Source: Lingula anatina | Taxonomy: Eukaryota; Animalia; Brachiopoda | Length of the DNA stretch: 64,000 bases | Reading direction: 5' to 3' | Assembly: GCA_051362555.1 (NCBI GenBank) | Contig: CM120646.1 | Coordinates: forward strand, 7,874,001 to 7,938,000 | Notes under the pieces: generated by a model | What the model was told of the DNA's origin: nothing | The model's input: the letters and a program-made list of their open reading frames with translations, nothing else | Database searches by the model: none | Program-made: the position numbers and the translations under genes | In this document: in pieces, positions 1 through 12,279 of the stretch | Position numbering within the stretch: the first letter of the stretch is position 1 | Layout of the letters: each line of letters opens with the position of its first letter

Positions 1-588
1 GAAGCTCAAAGTCACACCTTGATAATGTCATTGTCATTTTCAAAAAAAACTGTATAACTTCCGGAAAATTAACTAATGAGACAGATATTCCAACTGTAGT
101 TGTATTTCAGTCCTATGCTTATTTCCTGTAAGTGTGAGACAGAATAATGGGCATGGTTTTCCTTTAACGGTCACTATGATCGTGTTCACTTTATGCGGCA
201 ATCGAATTTTAGTAGCGTTAGAGGCTATTATTGTACCTCGGGACACCCAAATATTGTGTTGCATTTGCTAAAGCCTCGAGTTAGCAGGTGGGCGCAATCG
301 CCATCACTTGCGTGCCGATGCAGTTCGCGACGCTTTCGAATTATAGAGACCATTATCAAGTAGAATTTCACAATCAGTTACTAGAACCCCCTGAGCCTAC
401 TGAGTGGTGTACCCCTCAGTTTGTGTTCCGCAGTGATCTATGGTGAAATTTATATCTGCATGATCATCCAAATGGCTATGCCAGATAAAGCGTGAGAATT
501 AAATTAAACCAACGAGTACTTAATGATTGGGTTGAAAAGTTTTATTATGTTTTGTAGCAAAAGAAATTTCACTTCGAATTGCACCTAC

Positions 589-630
589 CTGTCGTATTTG
601 TAGATTTTGCAGTGTTGTTAGTTGAGGGAT
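589..630 (-). CDS. IgSF gene A, Ser/Thr stalk micro-exon 3 (DPSTNNTAKSTNTT); TM exon presumably lies left of the window
   Basis: tttcAG acceptor, GTAGGT donor, 42 nt, phase 1-1; homologous to the other stalk exons. Confidence 0.75.
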
Positions 631-2885
631 CTGAAAAATCATAAAGAGGCAGTAATTGTTTAACTGATTACCAGCCTAAAAATGTAATTGTTACTGGTCA
701 CTTCATTGGGGTCTTTCTACCCCCTTGCAAAGAAAAAATTTTCAAACATGTGCAGCAATGGAACAAAACACGAAGTTAGGGATGAGGATTATTTTCAAAA
801 TTGGGATTCTCGTAAACCAATGTGAGTACATCACTTCAAATGTTGCCAACTCCTTATGTTTTCAAGACTTTTTGACGCACTTTTATATTACTAGATATTT
901 TACTTTTACGACCTTATGTAAGAGGCATTTTGTACGGGATTTACCTGCCATAATGAATTTGCCTCTGTAAAGACACTTTCCACCCAAACCCAATATAGAG
1001 GTGCAATTGATGTCACAAGCATGTTATTAAAAATATTTACTGCACAGATTGCTAACTGTGTTTGATTATTTTCAGGTCCCACATGAAGAAGCTTGTATAA
1101 AAGTTTCACTCTCCTGGAACCATGAATAATTAAAAATAATTCCAAAGAGAAACATACGTTACTGTCACAAATACAAAACGCCTAACTGTGAAACGTTCTA
1201 CTCACTTTGAAAATTCAGTCATCATTGGTTTTGTTCATTGATTTATCTCCTACAAGTATTACGTTGCTAAAATATTATAATAATCTTCTGTATAGAGCAG
1301 TTAGTTGTTTTTGAGCGACTTTAGTTTGCTTGTCACAGAATATTTAAAAAATGGGGAAAATACACCCTACCGACAGTAAAATAAGCATTAAAAAATGTTT
1401 CCCTTCAAGATTCAAATATTATATCTGATATGTCAAAATATCATGGAACCACAATATATTGTTCGGTCGGCAAAAGAAAACATTGAATCTCTTGCACACA
1501 AGTACTTGAACAAAATGAAACATTTTGACAATTTTTCTATGGAACATACGTTACCTAGCATAAGCCATGACGCAAAGCCCTTTGAGATACAGTTTAAATA
1601 TTTATAAAAACGATTACGTCATGTCTAATTTACCATGACTGAATCACTAAAAATATATATCGGAACGCGGCATAAAAATGAAAATTAAATGGCAAGGAAC
1701 ATACGTTACCGTACGTTTTTGGAACATACGTTACCATATAGGGCTCTTCGCGTAATGTTAAAGACATGGTAAAAATTAAAATTTGAATTTCAGTTGAGAC
1801 AGTCGTGGATTTTTGTTCTATACACATATATGTTTTAAAACATTGAATACAAATTTATTCATTTTTATTTTTTGACACTTCAGCATGTGAAATGCACTTC
1901 TACATGTATATTGGGTTTGGGTGTTTCACCTTCTCACGAATCATTCCCTTCACTTGGAATCGGTGTTTTATTTCATTTTTGTTTTGATTTGCTTTGAAAT
2001 TACCGACCAGGCATTTTAATTTTGACTCAGAAAGTTAAATAAATCCCTATGATAAGCTTCTACGCCTCGATGATTCTGACAGAAGGGGAAAAATTAAAAT
2101 TTCCTAACCACAAGATTGTAGAGACTTGACATTTAATATGGAATATTTTAGTTTCGAAGGTATGCCTTGGTAAAAATGCGTTCATTTTTCAAAAAAAATC
2201 CGATCTCATATAAGATATGTGAATGGACAAGTGTGTAGTCAGGTGTGTCGTTACTAATGAACTGACTACCATGTCTATTGCACTGCTGTATTGTGTATTA
2301 TGCAATGATTTAATTGGGTAGTGCTCTTTTGGACTGGTCCATGCTTGGGTGTGCCAAAGCATGGTTCTGTCAAAAAAGTATCCATATGTCGGCAACACGA
2401 TTTTAATCCCTATTTTCATTTATCAGTCAGTTAAATAGGAAAGATTTGATGAAAAGTGATTTGGAAAAAAAATTCCATATTAAATGTCAAGTCTGTAGGA
2501 TTGATTGTTGCCATGAAGTGGACACCTCGCCTAGTATCCTGTGCTGTGGGAAAATGTCAAATTTACATTTCTAATATCGCTGAACTTAATGCACTTGTAT
2601 TCAACAATAAGTCTTATTGTTTATCCAAATGTGATTGTGACGTCACAAATATGACGTGACAATTCACAATTATAATGTCATAACCGTTATCACTTCTATA
2701 AACAAATAAACTCTTGGTTTAATAAGATGCTGTTGCAGTTGGAGACACTGGGATTTATACTTGCATGATCTTCCAAATGGCTATGCCAGACAAAGCGTGA
2801 GAATTGAATTGCACCAAGGAGTAATTAATTATAAGGTTGACAATTTTGCAGCAAAAGAAAACAATTCACTTCAGATTGCACCTAC

Positions 2886-2927
2886 CTGTCGTATCTGTAG
2901 ATCTTGCTGTGTTGGTAGTTGAAGGGA
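2886..2927 (-). CDS. IgSF gene A, stalk micro-exon 2 (VPSTTNTARSTDTT)
   Basis: ttttcAG/GTAGGT, 42 nt, phase 1-1; flanking intron 2730-3085 duplicates about 440-860. Confidence 0.75.
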
Positions 2928-3342
2928 CTGAAAAAACATAAAGAGGGAATAATTGTTTTCTTAAAGAAAAGTAATTGCTACCATACCTCACGGGGAGCCT
3001 TGACTGCAAGTACTAGTATATTTTCGTAATCCGAATTCCCGTTAACCAATATGAGTACGTCACTTAAAAGTTGCAAACTCTAAAGCATTTTTGAGGGAAA
3101 ATATCATTTAGGGAGGCGTGTGGGAGGCGGAGATACCATTACAGGATTAAGCGGTCTTGCTTTCATGTAGACCCGCCATATTTAGGTCGCGGCCTAGCTA
3201 GCACTCGGCTCTTCGATCTGAATGGTCCCTATCAGAACTTTAACAAATTGTATCCAACAATCAATCTTATTGTTTATCCAGATATGATTGTGACGTCAAA
3301 ACTTTGACGTGAAAATTCATAATCACGTTCATAACCGAATGA

Positions 3343-5559
3343 ACCCTGAAGAGGCCCAGACCAAATTTAGTCCTATGCCTAAGAGGCCCAGACTCCATCT
3401 ATATTAGGGTATTGCTGGGTTTTCCTTCACATAGTGTACATCTTAACCTATGACAGCATGTAACATGATAAACATTTTGGGAAAATATAGGATAAGGAAT
3501 ATATTGGTATCATGCTAATGTAACATTATTTGAGTTTCATTACGTGTAAAATAATACCAAATACAGTTGTTCAAACCTACAAAAATTATGTTGGTCCTTT
3601 CACAGTAGCTTTAAGGCAACTTTTTATCAGGTACAGTGACTTTGATAAGATTGATCATACATTTCAGGTGGGGTTTTCCTTGTGAAAACATTGTGATCTT
3701 CATTAAGTAAATTTTAAGCAATCAGCTGCGAAAAACTCAGGTAGACAACAAGTTACATTGACTGTGATCAGGCTGATCAAACCACCTTTAAGAGTGATAA
3801 AATCTAGATTATTAAAATAACACACTAACAGGGCCGTAGCCTCCGGGGGGGCAGGGGGGGCAGCTGCCCCCCCCTGGGATTTGAGGTGCAAAAAAAAAAA
3901 TAATAATAATCGCAAAGGTAAAAAAAATAATTGCAAAGTTGGTATCAATTCTGTGAGAAAATGCACTCATGGCCACTAGACAATCATTTAACAATCGTGG
4001 GAGGGGGACACCCCCTCCCACACCCTCCCCCCTCGGGGGCTTCGCCCCCTCGTGTCCGCTTACTGCCCCCCCCCCCCTGGCATTTTGCTCAGGCTACGGC
4101 CCTGACTAACAAATGGCAGCCAAACTAATTTAACATTTCTTTAGTAAATTTTACTAAATCAATCTACATGCCTTTTCCTTAAACATTAAATATCATTAAA
4201 AGTGCCATCCTCGGATGTATTTTACAAATCACAGGTAATGAAATACAACCATATCATTTGCCACACCTGTAAGTATCATAATATGTGCCTTGGTCTAAGA
4301 CATCCCCTACACATGCCATACAAACAAACTGGCAGCTTGGCCAATTAACTTGGTCAATTGACTTGCTTATTATGCTGTTAACAATGCAAACACACCATAA
4401 CACTGGTCTCAGCCAGGCCTTAATTAAGATGGGGTCTGGGCTTCTTTACCCTAGGTTCTAGATTTCAGTTTTGCCAGCTCGGTCTTGATTTCACATATAA
4501 CCCATATCAGCAAAACTGGCTCTAGCCACTAGCGTCAACCTATGGGCGTGTTTGGCAAAATTTTGACATATTTGGAAGTCACAAGTCTCGTACGTCGCAG
4601 TTCTGTGCTGCCTTTCCCGCCTTGCGCTGACGCTATCTCGTGCAGACGAGATAAAAAGCTAAGTGGCTGACGCAGAGTTTGAAGTTCGAACTAAGAATAC
4701 CTTGATATCGAAGGTCAGTGCCACAACACAAGCAACTTTCTGCTTTAAAACTGATTTTTGGTGTAGCCATTGCGCAGTCCTTATAGTGGTATCGGGTATA
4801 CTATGTAGTTATCAAACCTGGCACACGACACGTGTATTGTGTTTACATCTCCATGAGAAAATGTTTTTAGATAAGCAAATAATACAAAAACATCTGATAT
4901 ATCTTTTTCTTTTAGAAATACATAATCTATTTTTCAATGTAAATCTTACATGCAGTAAATAAAATTTAATAAAGCTTAATAAAATCTGTTTCACGTTTCA
5001 TTATGGACTAATGACATTCAACTGCAGATTCACCGCGGAGCAGTTCTTTTTAGTAAACGGATACGCAGCTACTCGGATGTCTTCGCACTCGACAATAACC
5101 TCGGACGTGATACAATGGCATCCGTAGCACGATTTGAATGTTGGCAAGGAACTGCTTTCGGTCCCATGCCCACTGGGAAGACTAGTCGCAGTTTAGGACC
5201 AGGTTTGGATAGCTCAGAGACAATGTGCAATTTCATTTTATCTGAGTAGTCTTTATGATACTGCACAAAAATTCCATTTTCGGGAACTTGTTTCTCTGTG
5301 CATAGATCCTGGTTGAGTGAAAAGGCAGTCAATTTGATGCATATTCTTACACCTATATCGTCCGAGGTTTGTATGGAGCTTGCGGAGTCAGCCGAGGATT
5401 GCCGATTGACATTGTCGCTGTTCCTAAGGGCCACTGTGAAGCTATCCCATGAAAGCTATCCCATGAAAACGTTTGAATAGTTAGCAAACTAGCTTCACAG
5501 TGGTCCTTACACTCAGGGCAGGCTTCTTAGGCATAGGATTAGATTTGGTCTGGGCCTTT

Positions 5560-5560
<1 letters not shown>
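3343..5560. mobile_element. Non-autonomous TIR DNA element (~2.2 kb) with a nested MITE
   Basis: Inverted pair AGGCCCAGACCAAATTTAGTCCTATGCCTAAG (~3351) / CTTAGGCATAGGATTAGATTTGGTCTGGGCCT (~5526-5557); internal 5070-5410 is related to 24950-25040; exact ends uncertain. Confidence 0.5.
3829..4104. mobile_element. MITE, CAGGG termini, 5-bp TSD (hAT5-like)
   Basis: TIR CAGGGCCGTAGCCT...AGGCTACGGCCCTG, flanked by ACTAA on both sides. Confidence 0.85.

Positions 5561-5562
<2 letters not shown>

Positions 5563-5622
<60 letters not shown>
5563..5622. repeat. (TA)n microsatellite
   Basis: direct reading. Confidence 0.95.
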
Positions 5623-5625
<3 letters not shown>

Positions 5626-5824
5626 TTCAAACACAAATCAAAATACTTTCATATTAACAAACAAAGATCCGAAGAACTCTACTACAGTACAGATAGAATG
5701 ACATTTACAACTGATAAGAAATCCACCAGTCAACCATGAAAAAGGTTCCATAGCAAAGTCACATAAACAAAAACAGAAGATTTTGAAGCACTAGAACACT
5801 GAATGCATTCCAAATGGTACCTAC

Positions 5825-5866
5825 CTGTCGAATTTGTAGGTTTTTCTGTGGTGGTTGTTGAAGAAG
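5825..5866 (-). CDS. IgSF gene A, stalk micro-exon 1 (ASSTTTTEKPTNST)
   Basis: ctttcAG/GTAGGT, 42 nt, phase 1-1. Confidence 0.8.
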
Positions 5867-6027
5867 CTGAAAGAAAGCATTAAAAACGATACTTGATATA
5901 CATTCACCTTCTAGCCCATTAAAAACTGGAATTATAGACATCAGTTATCCAGTGATCAGTACACAAAGCGGAAAGCGGAATGGTTCAGTATTGTGCAGCG
6001 CTAAAATGAATCACGAAGTCAGTGAGC

Positions 6028-6133
<106 letters not shown>

Positions 6134-6250
6134 TCAGTTTGAAAAAAAGGATCTACCCCCCTGACAATTGTCTCCTGTCTTCGGGCAACATATTGACACA
6201 TTCTCTTCAGCTTTTGACATCTACCTTTTTGTGTACAAATTTGGACATAC

Positions 6251-6562
6251 CAGCACTTCCAGGCACAGTGATTTTTGTAGTGGTCTGACTTATGAGTGAG
6301 TCGTGCAGGAGCTTGCAAATTAATTCCACTGGATCTGCTTGGGTTGCCATCACTTCTACTGCACTTTCGACCAGAAAGGTGTCTCCCTGGTTTTGCACAT
6401 TTCCAGAGGTTTCATTTAACGTGACCTGCATCTGGTCAGAACCCTTTACTTTAAACCATCTTATCTCAGGTGCTGGTCTGCCGCCATCAGAAGAACAAGT
6501 CACCCGGTAGGTATCTCTGGCAACTTGGGGTCCTCGTGTAATCTGGGGTGGGTTCGGTCGAT
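6251..6562 (-). CDS. IgSF gene A, C2-set (CD80/nectin-like) Ig domain exon
   Basis: YRPNPPQI...VTCSSDGGRPAPEIRWF...LICKLLHDSL...VPGSA; C-x3-GGRPAP-x3-W and C-x3-H motifs; AG/GT; 312 nt, phase 1-1. Confidence 0.92.
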
Positions 6563-7012
6563 CTGTAAATGATACAAATAAGCAAAAATATGTGCTTTCC
6601 TAAGTTGTGGGATCGTGTCATGTTGACGTCAATACCAATTTTAGTTTTTTAGTCTATCATTAGTCATTTGTCTATCATGTTTTAGTTTCTAGGTATAGCC
6701 TTTCCGTTTTAGAAGGTCTTTGCATATTTGGACAGTAACGCCAGTGCGTTTTGATAGGAAAAAATGGTGTGATATGTTTTTGGACTGGCCCGATATGTAG
6801 ATTAAAGTCAAAAAGGGATAACATATAATGGCTTTTATTACATATATTTGCCTATGCTTTTAACAACTGTTAGTAAATTACTGCTAGACAAAAAATATGT
6901 ATAGGCAGCCGGCTTGCGTTTCGCTTTATACCTTCCAAATACTTATAATGAATAGATACAGCTTTCTTGACATATGTTTTCACATTTAAATATCACAATT
7001 TTTTTTACTTAC

Positions 7013-7088
7013 ATAGTAATTTAAGGACGTGTGCGGAAGTTGTAATAGCGGGGTCACTGGGTATGGTGGAAACTTTGCATTTATAGTT
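7013..7088 (-). pseudogene. Orphan 3' end of a V exon (NYKCKVSTIPSDPAITTSAHVLKLL) with intact GTAAGT donor
   Basis: Aligns to the F strand, FG loop and G strand of the paralogous V exons; no in-frame acceptor. Confidence 0.8.
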
Positions 7089-7283
7089 TAAACTCAAAAA
7101 GTGATCGTAATAAAGATTTCATAATTGTACTGATGGAAACCAGTTTGTAGCTTGAAAAGCGGTCCAGGTGTTAAGCATGCGAAGGTTTTTGAGAATGTGT
7201 CAACACCTTCATACACTGTAAGACTGCTTTACATCCAAACATTTCATTATTCCATAAGATATGTCAGAGTGACTTTTACTTAC

Positions 7284-7658
7284 ATAATAATTTTAGGTTC
7301 TGCGCCGAAGACACTGACATGGGTATCTTGACTATGGTTGTTATTTTGCAGTAATAGCTCCCCTCATCTGCCAATGTGACTGTTCCAATTGTCACCGTGA
7401 ATGATGGATCCGAGACTGTAACCGTCACGTCAGTTCTATTGGAAAAAGAGTTCTGCAGCTGATAACTCCCATCAGAAATCACTATTCCCACTATTTGGTT
7501 TGAATCGGTCGTTCCATCTTTATAGAAATATACGACCTGCATCGTCTCTCCGGGATCCACTGTGTAACTGCACACAAGGTTCACTGTTGGTGGGATGCCG
7601 TTGTCAGGATTCATGATCAACCCATTGGGAGGTAAATCAGCTAATGTTACCTCCAAGC
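7284..7658 (-). CDS. IgSF gene A, V-type Ig domain exon
   Basis: GLEVTL...LVCSY...FYKDG...LADEGSYYC...NLKLL; D-x-G-x-Y-x-C motif; AG at 7659-60, GTAAGT donor; 375 nt, phase 1-1. Confidence 0.93.
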
Positions 7659-8229
7659 CTATATTGTAAAAACAAATACCTATAAAGAATTTTATTTAAA
7701 AATCCAGGGAAATGTTTAGCAATAAACCCCCCAATTATTCAATTTGTATTTGGTGTTTATTTCAGTGGTCAGTGTCATACCAGTAGGGTATTTATAATAC
7801 ATTAACTCTTGCAATTGGTTTATATTGTAAAGTGCAAGTTCACTCATTCGGGTTACTGCTTAAACGCTGACAGGCATTTAACTCTCTCTATATATACATA
7901 TCCTTTAATATAACTGCTTAGTTCATAAAAAGTTGGCAAAGCTTAAACTGGGTTCCCATCTCTAGATCAATCTAGCATGATCGGTCCATCTCCATGGGGT
8001 TTCTCGCTTAATTGCTTTCAGCTTAAGAGGCTTAGATGTTTGGGACGCCTACTAAAGCTGCTAAACGATAGTTAGTTACCCCCTGTCGGGTTCAGTAGGC
8101 GTGACAGACATCTTAGCCGCTTAAATTAATTGCAATAAAGTGAGAATCCCCTTGGAGATAGTTCAATCCAAAGTTAGTATGATAGTCTTTGGGAATGGTC
8201 AAACGTAGGTCAAATAGTCAAACGCCTTA

Positions 8230-8819
8230 AGGCCCAGTCACAATGTCGGCGATCTGTCGGGGATTAGTTTTGGCCGGGGGTCGTCGTAGAAAATAAAGAA
8301 TCCTTGAACAATCCTAGCAATAATCCTAATAAAAGTGGAGCAGTCACATTGTCTGAGATTTTTTCAAGGATTTTAACCCGGTTTTGTCGAAAAATCGTGG
8401 GATTAGCCTCCGATCGCCTCCGATTGCATCGGAGGCGATCGGAGACGATATCTGCGAGCGTCTTTTCTTGTAATTTTTTCCCCCTGGGTATATGTGGGGG
8501 AAAAGGTAAAAGGGAAAAGGAAAAGTCTCAGATTATTCGGAGGATGCCACCGATTAATCGGAGGGCATCGTAAGTCATCGGAGATTGTGTCTGGGATGCC
8601 CAAAATGGGTGAAAAATCTTGCGAGCAATCTTAAAATTTTAAGTTCAAAGTTGGGACCGCGACGGGTGTGGCGATGTCTAAAAAATCTGCGACAACCCGC
8701 AGGCGTCCGGAGAGCGCCTCCGACGGGTGCAAAATCGTGAGATCTGTCTCAAGATTTTGTTCAAATTTCCCGGGTTTTACCCATCCCCGACGCATCGCAA
8801 CTGATTTGTGACTGGGCCT
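8230..8819. mobile_element. PIF/Harbinger-type MITE in intron 1 of gene A
   Basis: TIR AGGCCCAGTCACAA...TTGTGACTGGGCCT, TTA TSD; paralogous introns show the empty site gccttatcat. Confidence 0.85.
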
Positions 8820-9360
8820 TTATCATTCAACTATGACATCTATCTTCTATCGAGTGCGTAGTACTTCTACCATGCAGGAAGTATTTTTACAAGCCTTCTC
8901 ATTACACATGTAGCTTCATGCTGAAGAGCGTTTAAAAGATTTTGATCTTTTCTTTTATCATTGATGTAGGAAATTGTCATCATTTTGGATAAAATGACAT
9001 ATGAAATCACTTTTGCTCTTCATCTTTTGAAAAACAGCCTATCAACAAGGCGATCTCCTTGTTGTTTATACAAAGACTATGGCTGTATTCCCAGAGCTTT
9101 TAGATCGATCTATCCCCGCGGGGAGTCTCACTAGATTACTGTCAGATAATCCGGCTTAATTGTCCGTCCCGCCTACTACAAGCTGTAAGGGGGTAATTAA
9201 CTTTCGTGTCCGCCCGGCTGACAGCTATTTAGCGTGAACCCCCAGGGAGTTAGGTCGATCTAAAGTAGATCGATCTAATCTCTGGAAATGGGGTCTATGT
9301 CAACAAATCTTCAAGCTATTAAATACTTTGAAAGTACAGAACAACACGTTTAGTTCCTAC

Positions 9361-9415
9361 CTTTAGTTGGATGTGGAGTTACAAACAGCAGCACATAAAC
9401 ACACAATGTCTTCAT
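9361..9415 (-). CDS. IgSF gene A, leader exon (MKTLCVYVLLFVTPHPTK-G)
   Basis: ATG, hydrophobic core, AG|GTAGGA donor, 55 nt, phase 1 matching the V exon; repeated upstream of the other V exons. Confidence 0.88.
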
Positions 9416-9515
9416 CTTCCTCCGTTGTGTTGCCTTTAGCCGCAGGTTCTTCCTGGGTTTTTTTATTGAGAGCTAAAAATAACATACCAGTTGCTACCCG
9501 ATAATCAACAAAGTA

Positions 9516-9532
9516 CAACTAACACAATTAAC
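9516..9532 (-). promoter_or_regulatory. Conserved upstream motif CAACTAACACAATTAAC (+ strand reading), ~100 nt 5' of the leader ATG
   Basis: Copies at about 9516, 11185, 14361, 15600, 24271, 37158, 42088 and 47023. Confidence 0.55.
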
Positions 9533-9686
9533 ACGTGGTATACAGAACGTAATTCTGGAAAAATTACAACATCGGTAAATTACTACACTTAAGGGCGGAT
9601 CAATGTTATTCTGTTTTTCGAAATATGATAAAAAAAAGGGCAAATAATATTGAAACGCAATAAATAGAAAAGTAACATCCACAGTT

Positions 9687-9873
9687 CAGGCCAGTAACCA
9701 GGGGGGTTTGGAAAGAACTGCCCTTTTTTGTCAGGAAAAGGTCCAGTCTGGATCAAATTTGATCCAGGTGGTCAATAATAGGTGCTGTTGAATAGGTGCT
9801 GATAGGTTTCATTGTAAAAGGTCCACTAATTCAGAAAAAGAAACTCATATTGATTTTACTGGCTACGGGCCTA
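9687..9873. mobile_element. MITE, CAGG termini, 5-bp TSD
   Basis: CAGGCCAGTAACCAG...CTGGCTACGGGCCTA, flanked by CAGTT on both sides. Confidence 0.7.
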
Positions 9874-10321
9874 CAGTTTCATTACACGGGTTTTTAGAAA
9901 GTCAACCCAACCATGGCTGTGAAGTACACATATATAGAGGGTAAAATGCTTTGTATTACGCTCGGTGTAACAGTAATCCAAGTCAAAGAGCCAAAATACC
10001 AAAGGAATATAACAGAACATTATTTATTATTTCAAATTATTAACTGTCTTGATTTGCCTTAAATCCAAGAGCAAATTTCCATTTTGGGGTTATTTTTCAA
10101 TTTATGTTAGTGTGAACCGAAAAATTAATCTAAGGACGGAGATCCCGTGTTTTGTGAAAAGAGATATTCCCCTCATTTGAAGAACTAAGAAGGTCAATGA
10201 CACATGTAAAATATGCTTTTATTACAAGAAAAATACACAAAATAAAATTAATGAAGAAAAACTATGGGAATTGTGTTGTTTTTGTCAAAATGTTACTAAA
10301 ATGTTAGGAATGCACGTCCCA

Positions 10322-11100
10322 TTCACTGTGTAACTACAGACCCACTGTTGGTGGGATGACGCTCTCAGGATTCATGACCAACCCACTTGGAGTTAAATTA
10401 ACTAATGTAGCCTGTTAAACTATATTATAAAAACCAATTAAATAAAAATATAAAGAATAATATTTAAAAATTCTGGTGAAGTGTTTGTCAGTATATCCCC
10501 CAATTATCAATTTGCTTTCCAAAGTGTTAATTGCAGTGTTAAGTGTCACAATGTGGTGTGATGTGATGTGATGCAATTGGTTTATATTATAAAATGCCAA
10601 TTGCCTCATTTGTTGTCGTGTCTTGTGTTGACAGGCTTTGAGCTGTAGACTATATAACTGCTTCGTTAAAAACAGTTCACAAAGTTTACACATGTACGTG
10701 CAGAAAGGTAAATATATTCATGTTATTTTATTGGCTTATCATTCAACTTTTATCGTGAGCTAAGTACCATTACAACGCGGGAAGTAGTATACGATCCTTC
10801 TCCTTAATAACATGTAGCATCATGATTATTAAGAGAGTTATAAAGGTTTTTTTTGTATTGCTGGTGCAAAATTATCATCAGTTTGGTTAATGATGGCGTA
10901 TGCAGTCTTTTTTGTTCTTCATCGTTTGAAAAACTGCTTCACTTGAGAGTTCTATGGAGGAGATCCTCTTTTTGTTTATACAGAGATTAAGTCGAAAATC
11001 TTCAAGGGATTAAATTATTTTAAAACACACAACGACACGTTTAGTTTCTACCTTCAGTTGGATAGAATTACAAGGAGCAGCACGTCTAAATACCTAATAC
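10322..11100 (-). pseudogene. Relic IgSF gene: degenerate leader (~11052-11100, ATG deleted), intron 1 and 5' fragment of V (10322-10415)
   Basis: Homology to the gene A leader, intron 1 and V start; truncated just after the CSYTV codons. Confidence 0.75.
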
Positions 11101-12279
11101 CTCAATAAGCTGCAGTTACCTCTTTGGATTTTTATTGATAGCTAAAAATAACATCACCATTGCTGCACGATAATCAACAAAGTACAACTAACACAATTAA
11201 ACTGCGGTACACAGAAAGTAATGCTGGAAAATTATAACATCGGTTTATTTCTGTACTTCAGGGCTGATCGTTGCTATTCTATTTTCCGAAACATATTAAG
11301 GAAGGCCAGATAATATTGAAACATAATAGATAGAAAAATTCATAATTTCTTTGGACAGTTTTTCATAAATTCAACCCAGTCCTGGGTGTGAAGTCTAATA
11401 TTAAGTAAAATGCTTTGCATAACGGTGTATTTTAGCACATTTGCATCTAAATTTAATCCTGTTTCAACACAACACCTCCAAAAGGTTCACTGTTCCATTT
11501 CCACTGAAAGCTGAGGGTAGACTACATTTTAGAATACTCGTGAATGGGAAGTAATAGGCACAAAATATTAAGTGTGCACGGTGACCCGCCAACTGACTGA
11601 ATGTTTCAATTAGTGGCACACATTGAATTTTGTCTTTTGCAACTACCACACTGTACAGAGTCTGTATTAAGGCACACTTTTCTCACAAAAGTGGTACCTC
11701 ATAGAAACAATTTATCATAGTGGAACTGGGATTCACTGATGCAAAAAGTAACTGTCAAGTGATTGCACGATGAACGTAAATGTTTTATAAGCGGTTTTAT
11801 TTAACAATAGATGCATACATGAAAACCTGCAACACAAAGTCTTGAGTATGACATCAAGGGGCTTCCATTTCTGAATTAACTGCAAAGTCCCTTTCTACAA
11901 ATTCTAAATTTCACTCAAATAAAACATTTTAATGAATAAACAACAAGAAAACAAGCGAACAAAGGTGAATATCACTTTAACTTCCCAGCACTTTATAGTG
12001 CAGATCTAAATAAACATCAAACTGTTTTCCAAATTAAAAAACAGAATGCACTGTACAATTTATCTTTTCTTACTCAAAAACATTTGGATTAAAATAGTAC
12101 ATAAAGATTAAAACGATTGGTTAAAATTTAACTATATGCTACAAAACATTCGTGAAAATAAACCAAACTAGCAGTAAATAAAAAAAATGCTGACGCTTTA
12201 ATCCTTCACATACACGGATCAACATGCTTATACCTTACTGCAACATTCATCAACCTTTGATAAAGGTAGCTATGAATTT

